A stretch of DNA of 64,000 nucleotides from an uncultured Candidatus Saccharibacteria bacterium (GCA_964398205.1 CAYNLU010000003.1:215-64214); one strand, 5' to 3'. Shown: positions 12,052 through 22,236, numbered from the stretch's first letter. Numbers and translations are program-made. Notes: generated by a model from the letters alone, not told the origin.

Positions 12052-13188
12052 TTATCTGATTACTGCATTAAATTTTGAGACAGTTTCTTCTTCTACTTTT
12101 TTGTGAAGTATTTCTATTTCTTCACTAGTTAGCGTTCTTTCGATTGAACGATATACTATATGGAAAGCATAACTCATTTTATCATTTCCAAATTTTGCGT
12201 CGTTTTCATATTTATCCATCAACGAAATTTCTTCTATCAAATCTCCCGCAAGTTCGCGAACTAAATCAAAGTAATCATTTGGCACAAAAGTTTTCGGAAC
12301 AATAAATGAAATATCTCGAGTGATAGGAGGGAATTTAGATACTTCAATAAATTTTTGACCTAAATGAAGTTGCTTTTTAACTCTTTCGTCGTCAGACCAA
12401 AGTAGGCGAATATCTGGTAAATCCATACTGATTATCGCGAGTCTTTCGAGTCCGAATCCGAAAGCCCAATTGCTCCATTCGTTAGGATCAAGCCCAAGAT
12501 TTTTAATGATTGTGTCAGTCATAATTCCGCAACCGAGTACTTCGATCCATCTACCTCCTATCTCGACTTCCATCTCGAGTGAAGGATCAGTATAAGGGAA
12601 AGTATCTTTATTGAAACGATATTTGATATCAGGTCCGAATACAGCCTTCGCGATTCCAGAAAGTACGTTTTGCAAATCCTCGATAGTTACTTCTTTTTTA
12701 CTTTTTGGTATTAGGAATCCTCCGTCCATTTGATGAAAGACGTTCATATGATTTCTATCGATTTCGTCTTTACGATAAACTTTACCAAAAGAGAAGAAAC
12801 CTAAAGTTTCTTTGTTCTCGATTTTCTTCTTGATCTCATCTTGAGTTAAATAGTAATACCACATCACAGTAGTATGAGGGCGAAGTATATATTTATCGTC
12901 AAAGAAATAAGTGTCAGAACGAGAGCGAGCAGGGTGATCAGGTGCAAAGTTATATAAATCAAAAGTTACGTCTGTAGGTACTACTTCAGGAGCTTTGATA
13001 ATATCGAAATCTTTAAAGTCCTCGATATTTAAAATACGATTTACGATTTCTCGTATAGGGGAGCCTTCGGTTCTAGATAAATCCGGCATAGATAAATACC
13101 TTTTCATTCTTAATGATTCGGTATCATTTTTATTTTCTAAACTTGCTAAAAGTTCACTTTCTTTATCTAATTTTATTTCATAATTCAT
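12052..13188 (-). CDS. pheS: single-chain (mitochondrial-type) phenylalanine--tRNA ligase: alpha catalytic domain plus FDX anticodon-binding domain
   Basis: DHPARSRSDTYF, LRPHTT, GKVYRKDEIDRNHMNVFHQ, FPYTDPSLEME, WAFGFGLERLA, then SKFPPITRDISF..YRSIERTLT (FDX-ACB); ATG 13188 preferred to 13278, which overlaps gyrB. Confidence 0.92.
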   Translation of the reverse strand: MNYEIKLDKESELLASLENKNDTESLRMKRYLSMPDLSRTEGSPIREIVNRILNIEDFKDFDIIKAPEVVPTDVTFDLYNFAPDHPARSRSDTYFFDDKYILRPHTTVMWYYYLTQDEIKKKIENKETLGFFSFGKVYRKDEIDRNHMNVFHQMDGGFLIPKSKKEVTIEDLQNVLSGIAKAVFGPDIKYRFNKDTFPYTDPSLEMEVEIGGRWIEVLGCGIMTDTIIKNLGLDPNEWSNWAFGFGLERLAIISMDLPDIRLLWSDDERVKKQLHLGQKFIEVSKFPPITRDISFIVPKTFVPNDYFDLVRELAGDLIEEISLMDKYENDAKFGNDKMSYAFHIVYRSIERTLTSEEIEILHKKVEEETVSKFNAVIR

Positions 13189-13271
13189 ATATAAAATATA
13201 ATGAAAAATAAGGTAAAAGTAAAGAGATTTGGCTTTGCTCGTGCTATAGATTTTTGCTATAATATACCAAT

Positions 13272-15356
13272 ATGGCAAAAGAAAAAGAAACTAAAAAGGG
13301 AGGTTATGGCGCAGAGCAGATCTCTGTTCTTGAAGGATTAGAACCGGTTCGTAAGCGCCCGGGTATGTATATCGGTACGACTGGTCCAGATGGTATGCAT
13401 CACTTGGTTTGGGAAATATTTGATAACTCTCGTGACGAAGCTATGGGAGGGTATTGTAACGATATTGAGATTACTGTTTTGCCTGGTAATACTATTCGCG
13501 TAGTTGATAATGGTCGTGGAATTCCGACTGATGTTCACCCTAAAACTAAAGTTTCTGCTCTTGAAACTGTTATGACTACTTTGCACGCTGGAGGTAAATT
13601 CGGAGGTGAGGGTTCGGGGTATAAAGTTTCTGGAGGTTTGCACGGAGTAGGTGCTTCTGTTGTGAACGCACTTTCTATTTATTGTAAAGCCGAAGTTCAT
13701 CGTGACGGAGGTAAATTTATACAAGAGTATTCTCAAGGTAAGAAAAAGGGTGCTGTGAAAAAAGTAGGAAATTCTAAAGCTCACGGTACTATTATCACTT
13801 TTACTCCTGATGAAGAAATTTTCGGAAAAATAGTTTTTGATTGGAGTACGATTATAAATCATCTTCGTCAGCAAGCGTACCTTGTACGAGGACTTAGAAT
13901 TTCTGTGATCGATGCTCGAGAAATGGATGCGGAAGATATATTTAATAAAAAGGGTAGTTCAATGGATTTAGAGGACGTATTTTATTTCCGCGAACTTGGG
14001 CTCGAAGTTCCTTCTATTACTTACTATTTCGAAGGAGGTTTAGTTTCTCTTGTAAAATATTACAACAAGTTTCAAAAAGCAGTTCAAAATAATATTTTCT
14101 ATATTGAAAAAGAAGTTGATGGCGTGATGGTAGAGATAGCTTTGCAATACGTAGATGATATCGTAGATCGTATCTTAGCTTTTGCTAACAACATTTATAC
14201 TCCTCAAGGCGGTACTCATGTTACAGGTTTTAAGACTGCACTCACTCGTACACTCAATACTTATTGCAAGAAAAACGAAATGCTTAAAGAATCCGAAGGT
14301 GGATTTACAGGTGAAGACGTACTCGAAGGCTTAACTGCGGTTATCTCAGTTAAACTACCTGAAATTCAATTCGAAGGTCAAACTAAAGCTAAGCTCGGTA
14401 GTATGGAAGCTCAAGGTGCGACTGCAACCGTATTCGGAGAAGCTTTCGCTGCTTTTCTCGAAGAGAATCCTGATGAAGCTAAAATCATAATCAACAAATC
14501 AATCCTTGCTCTGAAGGCTCGTAAAGCTGCTAAAGCTGCGAAAGATTCAGTTTTGCGTAAAGGAGCGCTCGAAGGTATGACGCTACCTGGAAAGCTTGCT
14601 GATTGTCAAAGTAAAAGCGCAGAAGAGTCCGAGATATTCATCGTAGAGGGAGACTCTGCGGGAGGTTCCGGTAAACAAGGTCGCGATCGTCGTACTCAAG
14701 CTATACTACCTCTTCGTGGTAAAATCCTAAACGTAGAACGTGCTCGTATTGATAAAATGCTAGCCTCAAAAGAAGTTCGTGCCCTAGTCGTTGCTATGGG
14801 AACTTCTATTGGAGATACTTTTGATATTGAGAAAATCCGTTATCACAAAATAATTATCGCAACTGATGCCGACGTTGACGGAAGTCATATTCGTACTTTA
14901 TTACTTACTTTATTTTACCGTTATTTCCGTCCGGTTTTAGAAGCAGGATACGTATATATTGCTCAACCTCCACTTTATAAAATTAAAAAAGGTAAAGAAA
15001 CTCATTATGCTTATTCAGATGAAGAGAGAAATAAAATCATCGGTAAAGAAGTAGATATTACAGAAATCCAAGATGAACCAGATGGAGAAGAAAAAGAAGG
15101 CGAAGAAGAGAATGAAGAGGAAACAAAGAAGAAATCAACTAAATTCCACATCCAAAGATATAAAGGTCTCGGAGAGATGAACCCTGAAGAATTATGGGAA
15201 ACCACTATGGATCCTAAACGTCGTGTATTAAAGAGAGTAGATATTACCGACGCCGAAGAAGCAAATAAAGTTTTCGATATCCTTATGGGTAGCGAAGTCC
15301 CACCTCGTAAATCCTTCATACAATCAAATGCAAAATTAGCTGAGATTGATATCTAG
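13272..15356 (+). CDS. gyrB: DNA gyrase subunit B
   Basis: LEGLEPVRKRPGMYIG, SGGLHGVG, VEGDSAGG, PLRGK, DADVDG, QRYKGLGEM. Confidence 0.97.
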   Translation: MAKEKETKKGGYGAEQISVLEGLEPVRKRPGMYIGTTGPDGMHHLVWEIFDNSRDEAMGGYCNDIEITVLPGNTIRVVDNGRGIPTDVHPKTKVSALETVMTTLHAGGKFGGEGSGYKVSGGLHGVGASVVNALSIYCKAEVHRDGGKFIQEYSQGKKKGAVKKVGNSKAHGTIITFTPDEEIFGKIVFDWSTIINHLRQQAYLVRGLRISVIDAREMDAEDIFNKKGSSMDLEDVFYFRELGLEVPSITYYFEGGLVSLVKYYNKFQKAVQNNIFYIEKEVDGVMVEIALQYVDDIVDRILAFANNIYTPQGGTHVTGFKTALTRTLNTYCKKNEMLKESEGGFTGEDVLEGLTAVISVKLPEIQFEGQTKAKLGSMEAQGATATVFGEAFAAFLEENPDEAKIIINKSILALKARKAAKAAKDSVLRKGALEGMTLPGKLADCQSKSAEESEIFIVEGDSAGGSGKQGRDRRTQAILPLRGKILNVERARIDKMLASKEVRALVVAMGTSIGDTFDIEKIRYHKIIIATDADVDGSHIRTLLLTLFYRYFRPVLEAGYVYIAQPPLYKIKKGKETHYAYSDEERNKIIGKEVDITEIQDEPDGEEKEGEEENEEETKKKSTKFHIQRYKGLGEMNPEELWETTMDPKRRVLKRVDITDAEEANKVFDILMGSEVPPRKSFIQSNAKLAEIDI

Positions 15357-15359
15357 ATA

Positions 15360-15396
15360 AATTAAAAAAGAGAGCAATTAGCTCTCTTTTTTAATT
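15360..15396 (+). terminator. intrinsic terminator after gyrB
   Basis: aattaaaaaagagagc-aatta-gctctcttttttaatt. Confidence 0.85.
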
Positions 15397-15460
15397 CTTG
15401 CTATTTTTTAGAAAAATGTTATTGTTTTAGGGAATATTTGTTAACCTAAAAATTCAGATT

Positions 15461-15787
15461 ATGGATAATAGTATTGAGAATCAGCTCTTTTTAGAAAATT
15501 TGTTTCTTGAAGCATATAATAAAGGATTAAATAATATTTCAGATTTTGAAGCAGAAATTGATAAGATTTCTGATAATATCGTAAGAACTGTTTGCAAAGA
15601 AGTTTATCTTTGTGGTAAATATAATTGTAAACATTCTAAGGTTTCAGAGGAAGAAAAAAAGAGGATTCACTGGGTCCTGGTTAGTCCTGAAGATGCCGTA
15701 AAGTTCGGTATTGAAGAAATAAAAAGACTTCAAAGAAAAAAAGAAAAAGAAAAAAACTCACGCATTGTGCAAAGTTTTTTTTGGTAA
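15461..15787 (+). CDS. hypothetical protein (ORFan-like)
   Basis: 108-aa ORF with its own promoter-like and terminator sequences; no recognisable motif. Confidence 0.55.
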   Translation: MDNSIENQLFLENLFLEAYNKGLNNISDFEAEIDKISDNIVRTVCKEVYLCGKYNCKHSKVSEEEKKRIHWVLVSPEDAVKFGIEEIKRLQRKKEKEKNSRIVQSFFW

Positions 15788-15830
15788 AAAATAAAAGAAA
15801 AAAGATTTGATTGAAAAAATGTGAATGTTG

Positions 15831-15858
15831 AGGGTGGAATTTATTTCCACCCTTTTTT
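15831..15858. terminator. intrinsic terminator between 15461 ORF and thrS
   Basis: agggtggaa-ttta-tttccaccct followed by T-run. Confidence 0.75.
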
Positions 15859-17608
15859 AATTCAAAATCTTTTCTTTTATTTCTGTTTCGAGTTTTAGGG
15901 TAAAGTCAGTTTTACTTATAACTTCTTTTGAGTTGTCACGTTTTTCGATAGTTAAGTTTCCAGTTTCGATTTCCTTATCACCGAGAACTATTGTATAAGG
16001 TATTAATTCTTTTTTAGCTTCATGAATTCTTTTACCTAGAGAATTCGAATCCGCTCTAAGGACTTTAACTCTTATGCCTAGAGTTTTTAATTCTTCCTTA
16101 AATTTATTTGCTTCTTCTTCGTGATTCTCTCTCACTGGTACGAGTGCGATTTGAATAGGGGAAAGCCAAAGCGGAAAAGCTCCTGCAAGGTGTTCTATTA
16201 AAGTAGCGCTAAAACGTTCAATGGAACCCATTATTGCTGCGTGAATCATAACTACTTGTTCTTTTTCTCCACGTTCATTAGTACAAACTAACCCGAAGTT
16301 TTTAGGTTGATTAAAATCAAGTTGGATAGTTGCGACTTGTAATACTCTACCGATAGAATCGTGAGATATGAAGTCTATCTTTGGTCCATAGAAAGCTGCT
16401 TCACCTGTACCGTCGAGCCAAGTTATACCTTTTTGCTTCATTAGATTCTCTAGTGCGCCTTCAGCTTTACTCCACATTTCGTCAGTACCTAAATACTTTT
16501 CTCTTTGTTTAGGGTCGTGAGTAGAGAAACGAACTTCTAGTTTGAATCCAAAAGTAGAATAGAATTTTTCAATAATATCCCAAATAGCGAGTGCTTCAGT
16601 TTCGATTTGATTCTCGCGACAAAATACGTGAGCGTCATCTTGAGTTATTGATAAAACTCTAGAAAGTCCTGAAAGTTCTCCGGATTGCTCGTCTCTATAT
16701 ACAGTAGTAGTCTCAGCGTAACGTTGAGGCATATCACGATAACTACGAGGCTCCGAGTCAAAGATTTGAGTATGATGAGGGCAATTCATAGGCTTCATAG
16801 CATAAAGGTGCTTTTCACGAGTTTCAATTTTAAAAAGATCTTCGGCGTATTTTGCCCAGTGTCCAGAAGTTTCGTATAGTTCCTTTTTAGTAATATGAGG
16901 AATAAAAACTTTTTCATATCCGCGAGCCTTACGTAGTTCCCAAACGTAATCATTTAAAAGCTCGCGCAAAATAGTACCCTTTGGAGTCCAGAGGGGAAGT
17001 CCTGGTCCAACTAATTCTGAAAAAGTAAAAAGCCCTAATTCTTTACCGATTTTTTTATGATCTCTTTTTCGTGCTTCTTCTCTCATATTTGTATAACTTT
17101 CTAATTCTTCGCTAGTTTCGAATGCGAGTCCGTATATACGAGTAAGCATTTTGTTTTTTTCATCTCCTCTCCAGTATGCTCCCGCAACTCTATCTAGTTT
17201 AAATGAATCGATATTGATTTCTTTGTTTGGGTTTTCTAAATGACCTCCGCGACAAAGATCAGTAAAATTTCCGCAAGTATAAAAAGTAATTTTCTCACCT
17301 TTCTCAACTATTTCATCTATAAGTTCTAATTTATAAGGATTATCTTTAAAATACTCTTTTGCTTCTTCTTTAGTGACTTCTCTATGAGTAAATTCATTCC
17401 AGGATTTTAAATTCTCATGCATTTTTTTCTCAATTTTTGAAAGCTCGTTTTCGGAAAGAGGGGAGGTAAATTCAAAATCATAATAAAACCCGTTTTCTAT
17501 CGCTGGACCTATTGTGTTCTTAGTATTTGGATAAAGTTCTAATACTGCACTTGCGAGCAAGTGAGCTAAAGTGTGCCTTTTGTGTTCTAAATTGATTTTG
17601 TTTTCCAT
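15857..17608 (-). CDS. thrS: threonine--tRNA ligase (lacks N-terminal TGS domain)
   Basis: RHTLAHLLA, DLCRGGH, RDHKKIG, KPMNCPHH, GEAAFYGPKID, TIQLDF. Confidence 0.97.
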   Translation of the reverse strand: MENKINLEHKRHTLAHLLASAVLELYPNTKNTIGPAIENGFYYDFEFTSPLSENELSKIEKKMHENLKSWNEFTHREVTKEEAKEYFKDNPYKLELIDEIVEKGEKITFYTCGNFTDLCRGGHLENPNKEINIDSFKLDRVAGAYWRGDEKNKMLTRIYGLAFETSEELESYTNMREEARKRDHKKIGKELGLFTFSELVGPGLPLWTPKGTILRELLNDYVWELRKARGYEKVFIPHITKKELYETSGHWAKYAEDLFKIETREKHLYAMKPMNCPHHTQIFDSEPRSYRDMPQRYAETTTVYRDEQSGELSGLSRVLSITQDDAHVFCRENQIETEALAIWDIIEKFYSTFGFKLEVRFSTHDPKQREKYLGTDEMWSKAEGALENLMKQKGITWLDGTGEAAFYGPKIDFISHDSIGRVLQVATIQLDFNQPKNFGLVCTNERGEKEQVVMIHAAIMGSIERFSATLIEHLAGAFPLWLSPIQIALVPVRENHEEEANKFKEELKTLGIRVKVLRADSNSLGKRIHEAKKELIPYTIVLGDKEIETGNLTIEKRDNSKEVISKTDFTLKLETEIKEKILN

Positions 17609-17688
17609 ACTTTAAATATTAGCACATTTTTGCTTTATGACTAGTATATTTTTGCAATTTTTAGCTAATTATGATAGTATTAATCATT

Positions 17689-17898
17689 ATGGTTATAAGA
17701 ATGAGACACACAAAAGGGCATACAGGTAACCGCCGAAGTCACCATGCTCTAAAAGGTACTAAATTTACAAAATGCAGTAATTGTAATTCTGCGAAGCTTC
17801 CTCATACAGTTTGTAAAAACTGCGGAATGTATCGTGGTAAAAAAGTAGTAAGTAAAGTATCAAAAATAGAAAAGAAACAAAAGAAAGCTAAGAATTAA
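17689..17898 (+). CDS. rpmF: 50S ribosomal protein L32 (zinc-ribbon type)
   Basis: RRSHHAL..CSNC..PHTVCKNCGMYRG; start 17689 preferred. Confidence 0.93.
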   Translation: MVIRMRHTKGHTGNRRSHHALKGTKFTKCSNCNSAKLPHTVCKNCGMYRGKKVVSKVSKIEKKQKKAKN

Positions 17899-17963
17899 TT
17901 TTAATATTATTTTTAGAGTAATTTTTTTGCTAATTTTCTGAATTTAGCTTAATTTTAAATATT

Positions 17964-18887
17964 ATGGCAAACAGGCACCTTTCAAGATCAATAGTTCTTC
18001 AAACTCTCTTTGAGTGGGATTTTAATCTGACCAAAGAAGGTAAGGAATTTTCTCGAGAAGAAGTTGATGCTATTTTGAAAAGAAACCTAAATGAATTTGC
18101 TCCTGGGCTCGAAGATGATATTTTCGTGGCCTCTTTACTTGATTCTATTTTTAAGAAAAAAGTTGTTTTAGATGAAATTATTACTAAAGCTGCCCCTGAA
18201 TGGCCGGTTGAGAAAATATCATTAGTAGATCGTAATATTTTACGTATCGGTCTTTCTGAACTTTTGTTTGGAGATAGACGCGACGTACCTCCCAAGGTTG
18301 CGATAAATGAATCTATAGAACTCGCAAAGACTTTTGGTGGAGAGAATTCTTCTAAATTTGTGAACGGAGTATTAGGTGCAGTTTATAAAGAAATAGGCGA
18401 GCCTGGAAAAGAAGAAGTCAGTAAAAAGAAAAAGGTTGAAGAACCAATAGACCCAAGTACTTTACCTAAAGAAAAATTAGGTGGAGCTTTAGTTTATTCT
18501 ATCAAAGATGGTCAAATTTATTTTGGTTTAGTTCATGACGTTTTTGGATATTGGACGCTATCTAAAGGCAAGATCGAGGCAGAAGAAAACGTAGAAGAAG
18601 GCACTAAAAGAGAAATAAAAGAAGAAATAGGGCTTGATATAGATATTATTACCAAGTTGGGTGAGAATGAATATATTGCTACTCATCCAGAACGAGGGAA
18701 AACCGTTAAAAATGTTTCTTATTTTTTAGCTAAATCAGAATACAAAGAATTGGTTTTAGAAAAATCAGGTGGTTTGGACGGTGCGAAATGGTTTCGTTTA
18801 ACTGAAATTCCTGAACTTAGAATTTACAATGATATTGTGCCTTTACTTGCAAAAGCTGTAGAAATTATAAATAAAGATATGAAATAA
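17964..18887 (+). CDS. nusB: transcription antitermination factor NusB fused to a Nudix hydrolase
   Basis: DRNILR, PPKVAINESIELAKTFG, FVNGVLG; C-terminal Nudix box GKIEAEENVEEGTKREIKEEIGL. Confidence 0.93.
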   Translation: MANRHLSRSIVLQTLFEWDFNLTKEGKEFSREEVDAILKRNLNEFAPGLEDDIFVASLLDSIFKKKVVLDEIITKAAPEWPVEKISLVDRNILRIGLSELLFGDRRDVPPKVAINESIELAKTFGGENSSKFVNGVLGAVYKEIGEPGKEEVSKKKKVEEPIDPSTLPKEKLGGALVYSIKDGQIYFGLVHDVFGYWTLSKGKIEAEENVEEGTKREIKEEIGLDIDIITKLGENEYIATHPERGKTVKNVSYFLAKSEYKELVLEKSGGLDGAKWFRLTEIPELRIYNDIVPLLAKAVEIINKDMK

Positions 18888-19582
18888 TGATTGATTTTAA
18901 TTTATTTGAAGAAAAAACAAAAATAAATTTTTTGAATAAAGATTTGCTTATGCAGGCTTTTATTCATCGCTCTTATATTAATGAAAATCCTAAAATCGGA
19001 CTTTCTCACAATGAAAGACTAGAATTTTTAGGAGATGCTGTGCTCGAATTAGTAGTTACAGATTTTTTGTATAAAAAATATATTAATCACAATGAAGGTG
19101 AACTTACTGCAATCCGTAGTGCTTTAGTGAATGCTGTTATTATTGCTGACGTTGCGAGCCGTATTGGTATGAATGATTTCCTTCTTTTATCTAAAGGTGA
19201 AATGAAAGATACTGGTAAAGCTCGTCAATATATATTAGCGAATACTTACGAAGCTTATCTTGGAGCATTATACTTAGATCAAGGTTATGATAAAACTAAA
19301 ACTTTTATCGAAGATACTTTGCTTATCCATACTGATGAAATCGTAAACAAAAAGCTTTGGCGTGATGCGAAAAGTTTAGTTCAAGAAAAAGCTCAAGAAT
19401 TTTTAGCAGTTACGCCTTCTTATAAGGTTATCAGTGAATCAGGTCCTGATCATGATAAATATTTTACTATAGGAATTTATTTCGGTGGAGAATTGGCTGG
19501 GCAAGGTAAAGGTGGATCTAAACAAGAAGCCGAGCAAGCTGCTGCATTGTCTGCTTTAAAAAATAATCGTTGGATAGATTAA
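18887..19582 (+). CDS. rnc: ribonuclease III
   Basis: HNERLEFLGDAVL signature; C-terminal dsRBD. Confidence 0.97.
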   Translation: MIDFNLFEEKTKINFLNKDLLMQAFIHRSYINENPKIGLSHNERLEFLGDAVLELVVTDFLYKKYINHNEGELTAIRSALVNAVIIADVASRIGMNDFLLLSKGEMKDTGKARQYILANTYEAYLGALYLDQGYDKTKTFIEDTLLIHTDEIVNKKLWRDAKSLVQEKAQEFLAVTPSYKVISESGPDHDKYFTIGIYFGGELAGQGKGGSKQEAEQAAALSALKNNRWID

Positions 19583-19583
19583 T

Positions 19584-21818
19584 ATGCGACTACTTAATTT
19601 AGAAATTAATGGTTTCAAATCTTTCGCCAAAAAAACAAATTTAGAATTTCATCATAGAATCGTTTCTATTGTTGGACCTAATGGCTCAGGTAAAAGTAAC
19701 GTAGTAGAAGCTTTTCGTTTTGTACTTGGTGAGCAAAGTATGAAATCTATGCGTGGTAAAGGAGGTTCGGATTTGATTTTTAAAGGTTCTAAAAATTTAC
19801 CAAAAGGTAGTATCGCAAGCGTAACTATTTATTTTGATAATAAAGATAGAGTTTTTAAATTAAGTAATGATAATGGTGAAGATATTAATCTAAACTTCGA
19901 TACTATTTCTATAACCCGTAGTGTTTATTCTGACGGTCTTAATAAATATTTATTAAATAATTCTGAAGTACGGTTAAAAGATATAAATAATCTTTTGTCT
20001 TCTCTTAATATTGGTTCTTCGGGACATCATATAATTTCTCAAGGTGAAGCAGATAGAATTTTGAATGCAAATCTTAGAGAAAAAAGAGAAATGATAGAAG
20101 ACGCTCTAGGGCTTAAAGTTTTTCAATATAAGATTCGTGAAGCAGAGCGTAAAATGCTTCGTGCTAACGAGAACCTAAAAGAAGTTATAATGCTTAAACG
20201 TGAGAATTTACCTCACTTAAGCTTCTTGAAACGTCAGATAGAAAAATTTGAAAAAATGAAAGAGCTTAAAATTGAGCTTACTAATTTATATAATCAATAT
20301 TTAAAAAATCAAAGTATTTATCTAGAAGAGGAGAAAAATGCTCTTTTGCCCGAACGTGAAAATTTGAAAAGAGAATTAGAAAGATTAGATATATTAATTC
20401 GCGAAAATACTGTAGAAGATAATAATGAAAATAATCCGAAACTTATAGAATTAAATAAATATGAAAATGATATTTCTAATTTACGTCGGCTTAAAGGAGA
20501 AATCGATAGAAAATTAGGTAGAATTGAAGGTATCATTGAAGCTCGCAAATGGAAAGTTGATAAAAGAGAAGAAGTTAGAATTTTTGATGAAAAAGAACTA
20601 ACTGTTCTTGTAAATCAAGTTGATAATTCTATTGATGAAATTCTTAAATTAGATGATTTAAGTAGAATTAAAAATAATTTAATAAATATTAAAGATATTT
20701 TACATAAGTTTTTAAACAGTGATGAAAATCCTAAAGTAGATATTAATTTTGAGAATGAAACCGAAGCATTAGAAAAGAGCAAAGAAGAAATAAGCTTACA
20801 AATGACTTCTGTTTTAGAAGAAGAAGAAAGACTTTTAGCTCAAATTCAAATATTGAAAAAAGAGTTAGCCCTCGAAGTAGAACAAAGTCGCGACAAAGAA
20901 CGAGAAAGATTTTCTCTACGAGTATCTCACCAAGAAGTGAATTCTAAATTATCTTTGATTAATGTAAAACTCGAAAACTTAAGTCGAGAGATAGATATTT
21001 TTAATGAAGAAATAAGAGAAGGTGAAGCTCTAATAGGGGAAATTATTCATGAGTATAAAAATATTGAAGCCTCTTTACCTGTTAATAAAGAGCATCAAGA
21101 AGAATTAAAACGAAGTATTGAGAGAATCAAAATCAAGCTTGAGGATAGCGGGCTTTCTAATATGGCTGATATTGAAAAAGAATATGAAGAAGTTAATAAT
21201 CGCGATTTATTCTTGGCTCGTGAAATTGAAGATATTTCTACTAGTATTACTTCACTTGAGCAATTGATTTTAGATTTGAAAAATAAAATTGATATTGAAT
21301 TTAAATCCGGAGTTTCAAAAATTAATGAAAAGTTTAATGAGTTTTTCGCTATTATGTTCGGCGGAGGTTATGCAAAACTAGCTATCACTGAAGAAGTAAA
21401 AAAGAAAAAGATTAAAGACGATGAAGAAGGATTAGAAAATACAGAAGAAGAGGAGGAAATCGAAGAGGGTATTGATATAGACGTATCTTTGCCTCATAAA
21501 AAAGTTAAAGAACTTCATTCTCTTTCAGGAGGAGAAAGGTCTTTGACTTCTATCGCACTGCTTTTCGCTATGTCTTCCGTGAATCCGCCTCCTTTTTTAA
21601 TCCTTGATGAGACCGACGCTGCGCTCGACGAAGCGAATTCCCGCCGTTATGGAGATATGCTAGAACGCTTAGGAGAGAAATCTCAACTTATAGTAGTTAC
21701 TCATAATCGTGAGACTATGTCTCGCGCAGGTATACTTTATGGAGTAACCGTAGGGGGAGATGGAGCATCAAAACTCCTATCTATTAAATTCGAAGAAGCG
21801 CAAGCTATTGCAAAATAA
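19584..21818 (+). CDS. smc: short SMC-family ATPase
   Basis: GPNGSGKSN Walker A, ISQG Q-loop, coiled coil, LSGGE signature, ILDETDAALD, VVTH; directly after rnc. Confidence 0.85.
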   Translation: MRLLNLEINGFKSFAKKTNLEFHHRIVSIVGPNGSGKSNVVEAFRFVLGEQSMKSMRGKGGSDLIFKGSKNLPKGSIASVTIYFDNKDRVFKLSNDNGEDINLNFDTISITRSVYSDGLNKYLLNNSEVRLKDINNLLSSLNIGSSGHHIISQGEADRILNANLREKREMIEDALGLKVFQYKIREAERKMLRANENLKEVIMLKRENLPHLSFLKRQIEKFEKMKELKIELTNLYNQYLKNQSIYLEEEKNALLPERENLKRELERLDILIRENTVEDNNENNPKLIELNKYENDISNLRRLKGEIDRKLGRIEGIIEARKWKVDKREEVRIFDEKELTVLVNQVDNSIDEILKLDDLSRIKNNLINIKDILHKFLNSDENPKVDINFENETEALEKSKEEISLQMTSVLEEEERLLAQIQILKKELALEVEQSRDKERERFSLRVSHQEVNSKLSLINVKLENLSREIDIFNEEIREGEALIGEIIHEYKNIEASLPVNKEHQEELKRSIERIKIKLEDSGLSNMADIEKEYEEVNNRDLFLAREIEDISTSITSLEQLILDLKNKIDIEFKSGVSKINEKFNEFFAIMFGGGYAKLAITEEVKKKKIKDDEEGLENTEEEEEIEEGIDIDVSLPHKKVKELHSLSGGERSLTSIALLFAMSSVNPPPFLILDETDAALDEANSRRYGDMLERLGEKSQLIVVTHNRETMSRAGILYGVTVGGDGASKLLSIKFEEAQAIAK

Positions 21819-21882
21819 ATTTTAAAGTTGTATTCTAATTTTAGATGACAATTTTGTCCTTTAACTTTTAAATAATTTACTC

Positions 21883-22236
21883 ATGTGTAGCTTATGTGAA
21901 GAAACAGAATACCAAAATTCAAGTTGTGGTGTAGGCGTTAATACTTACACTAATTTTGTTGGAGAAGGAAATAAGGATAAATCTTCCCTTCTTGAAATAT
22001 TAGACAAAGAACATCAATCATATCTTGAATATCTTGAACTAGTTGCTAGTCTTTCGCGTAAAAAGAGTGTAAATAATTTTGCGCTAAATGAAAAAGACTT
22101 ACATAGTGCTCTCGCCCTAGAGCAAGATAATTTATTTGGTGGAATTTTAACTCAACTTAAAATGCAAGAAAGAAAGGCAAGAGAAGAAGAAAATAATAAA
22201 AATATTCGAGAAATTAATGCAGGAGCCCTTAAGTAA
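21883..22236 (+). CDS. hypothetical protein (ORFan-like, N-terminal CxxC)
   Basis: Own promoter TTGCAA-17-TATTCT (21809-21837) and terminator (22223-22250). Confidence 0.55.
   Translation: MCSLCEETEYQNSSCGVGVNTYTNFVGEGNKDKSSLLEILDKEHQSYLEYLELVASLSRKKSVNNFALNEKDLHSALALEQDNLFGGILTQLKMQERKAREEENNKNIREINAGALK

Noticed and set aside
13189-13278. Upstream extension of the PheRS ORF
   Set aside because: It spans the divergent promoter region and overlaps the gyrB start; ATG 13188 is more plausible
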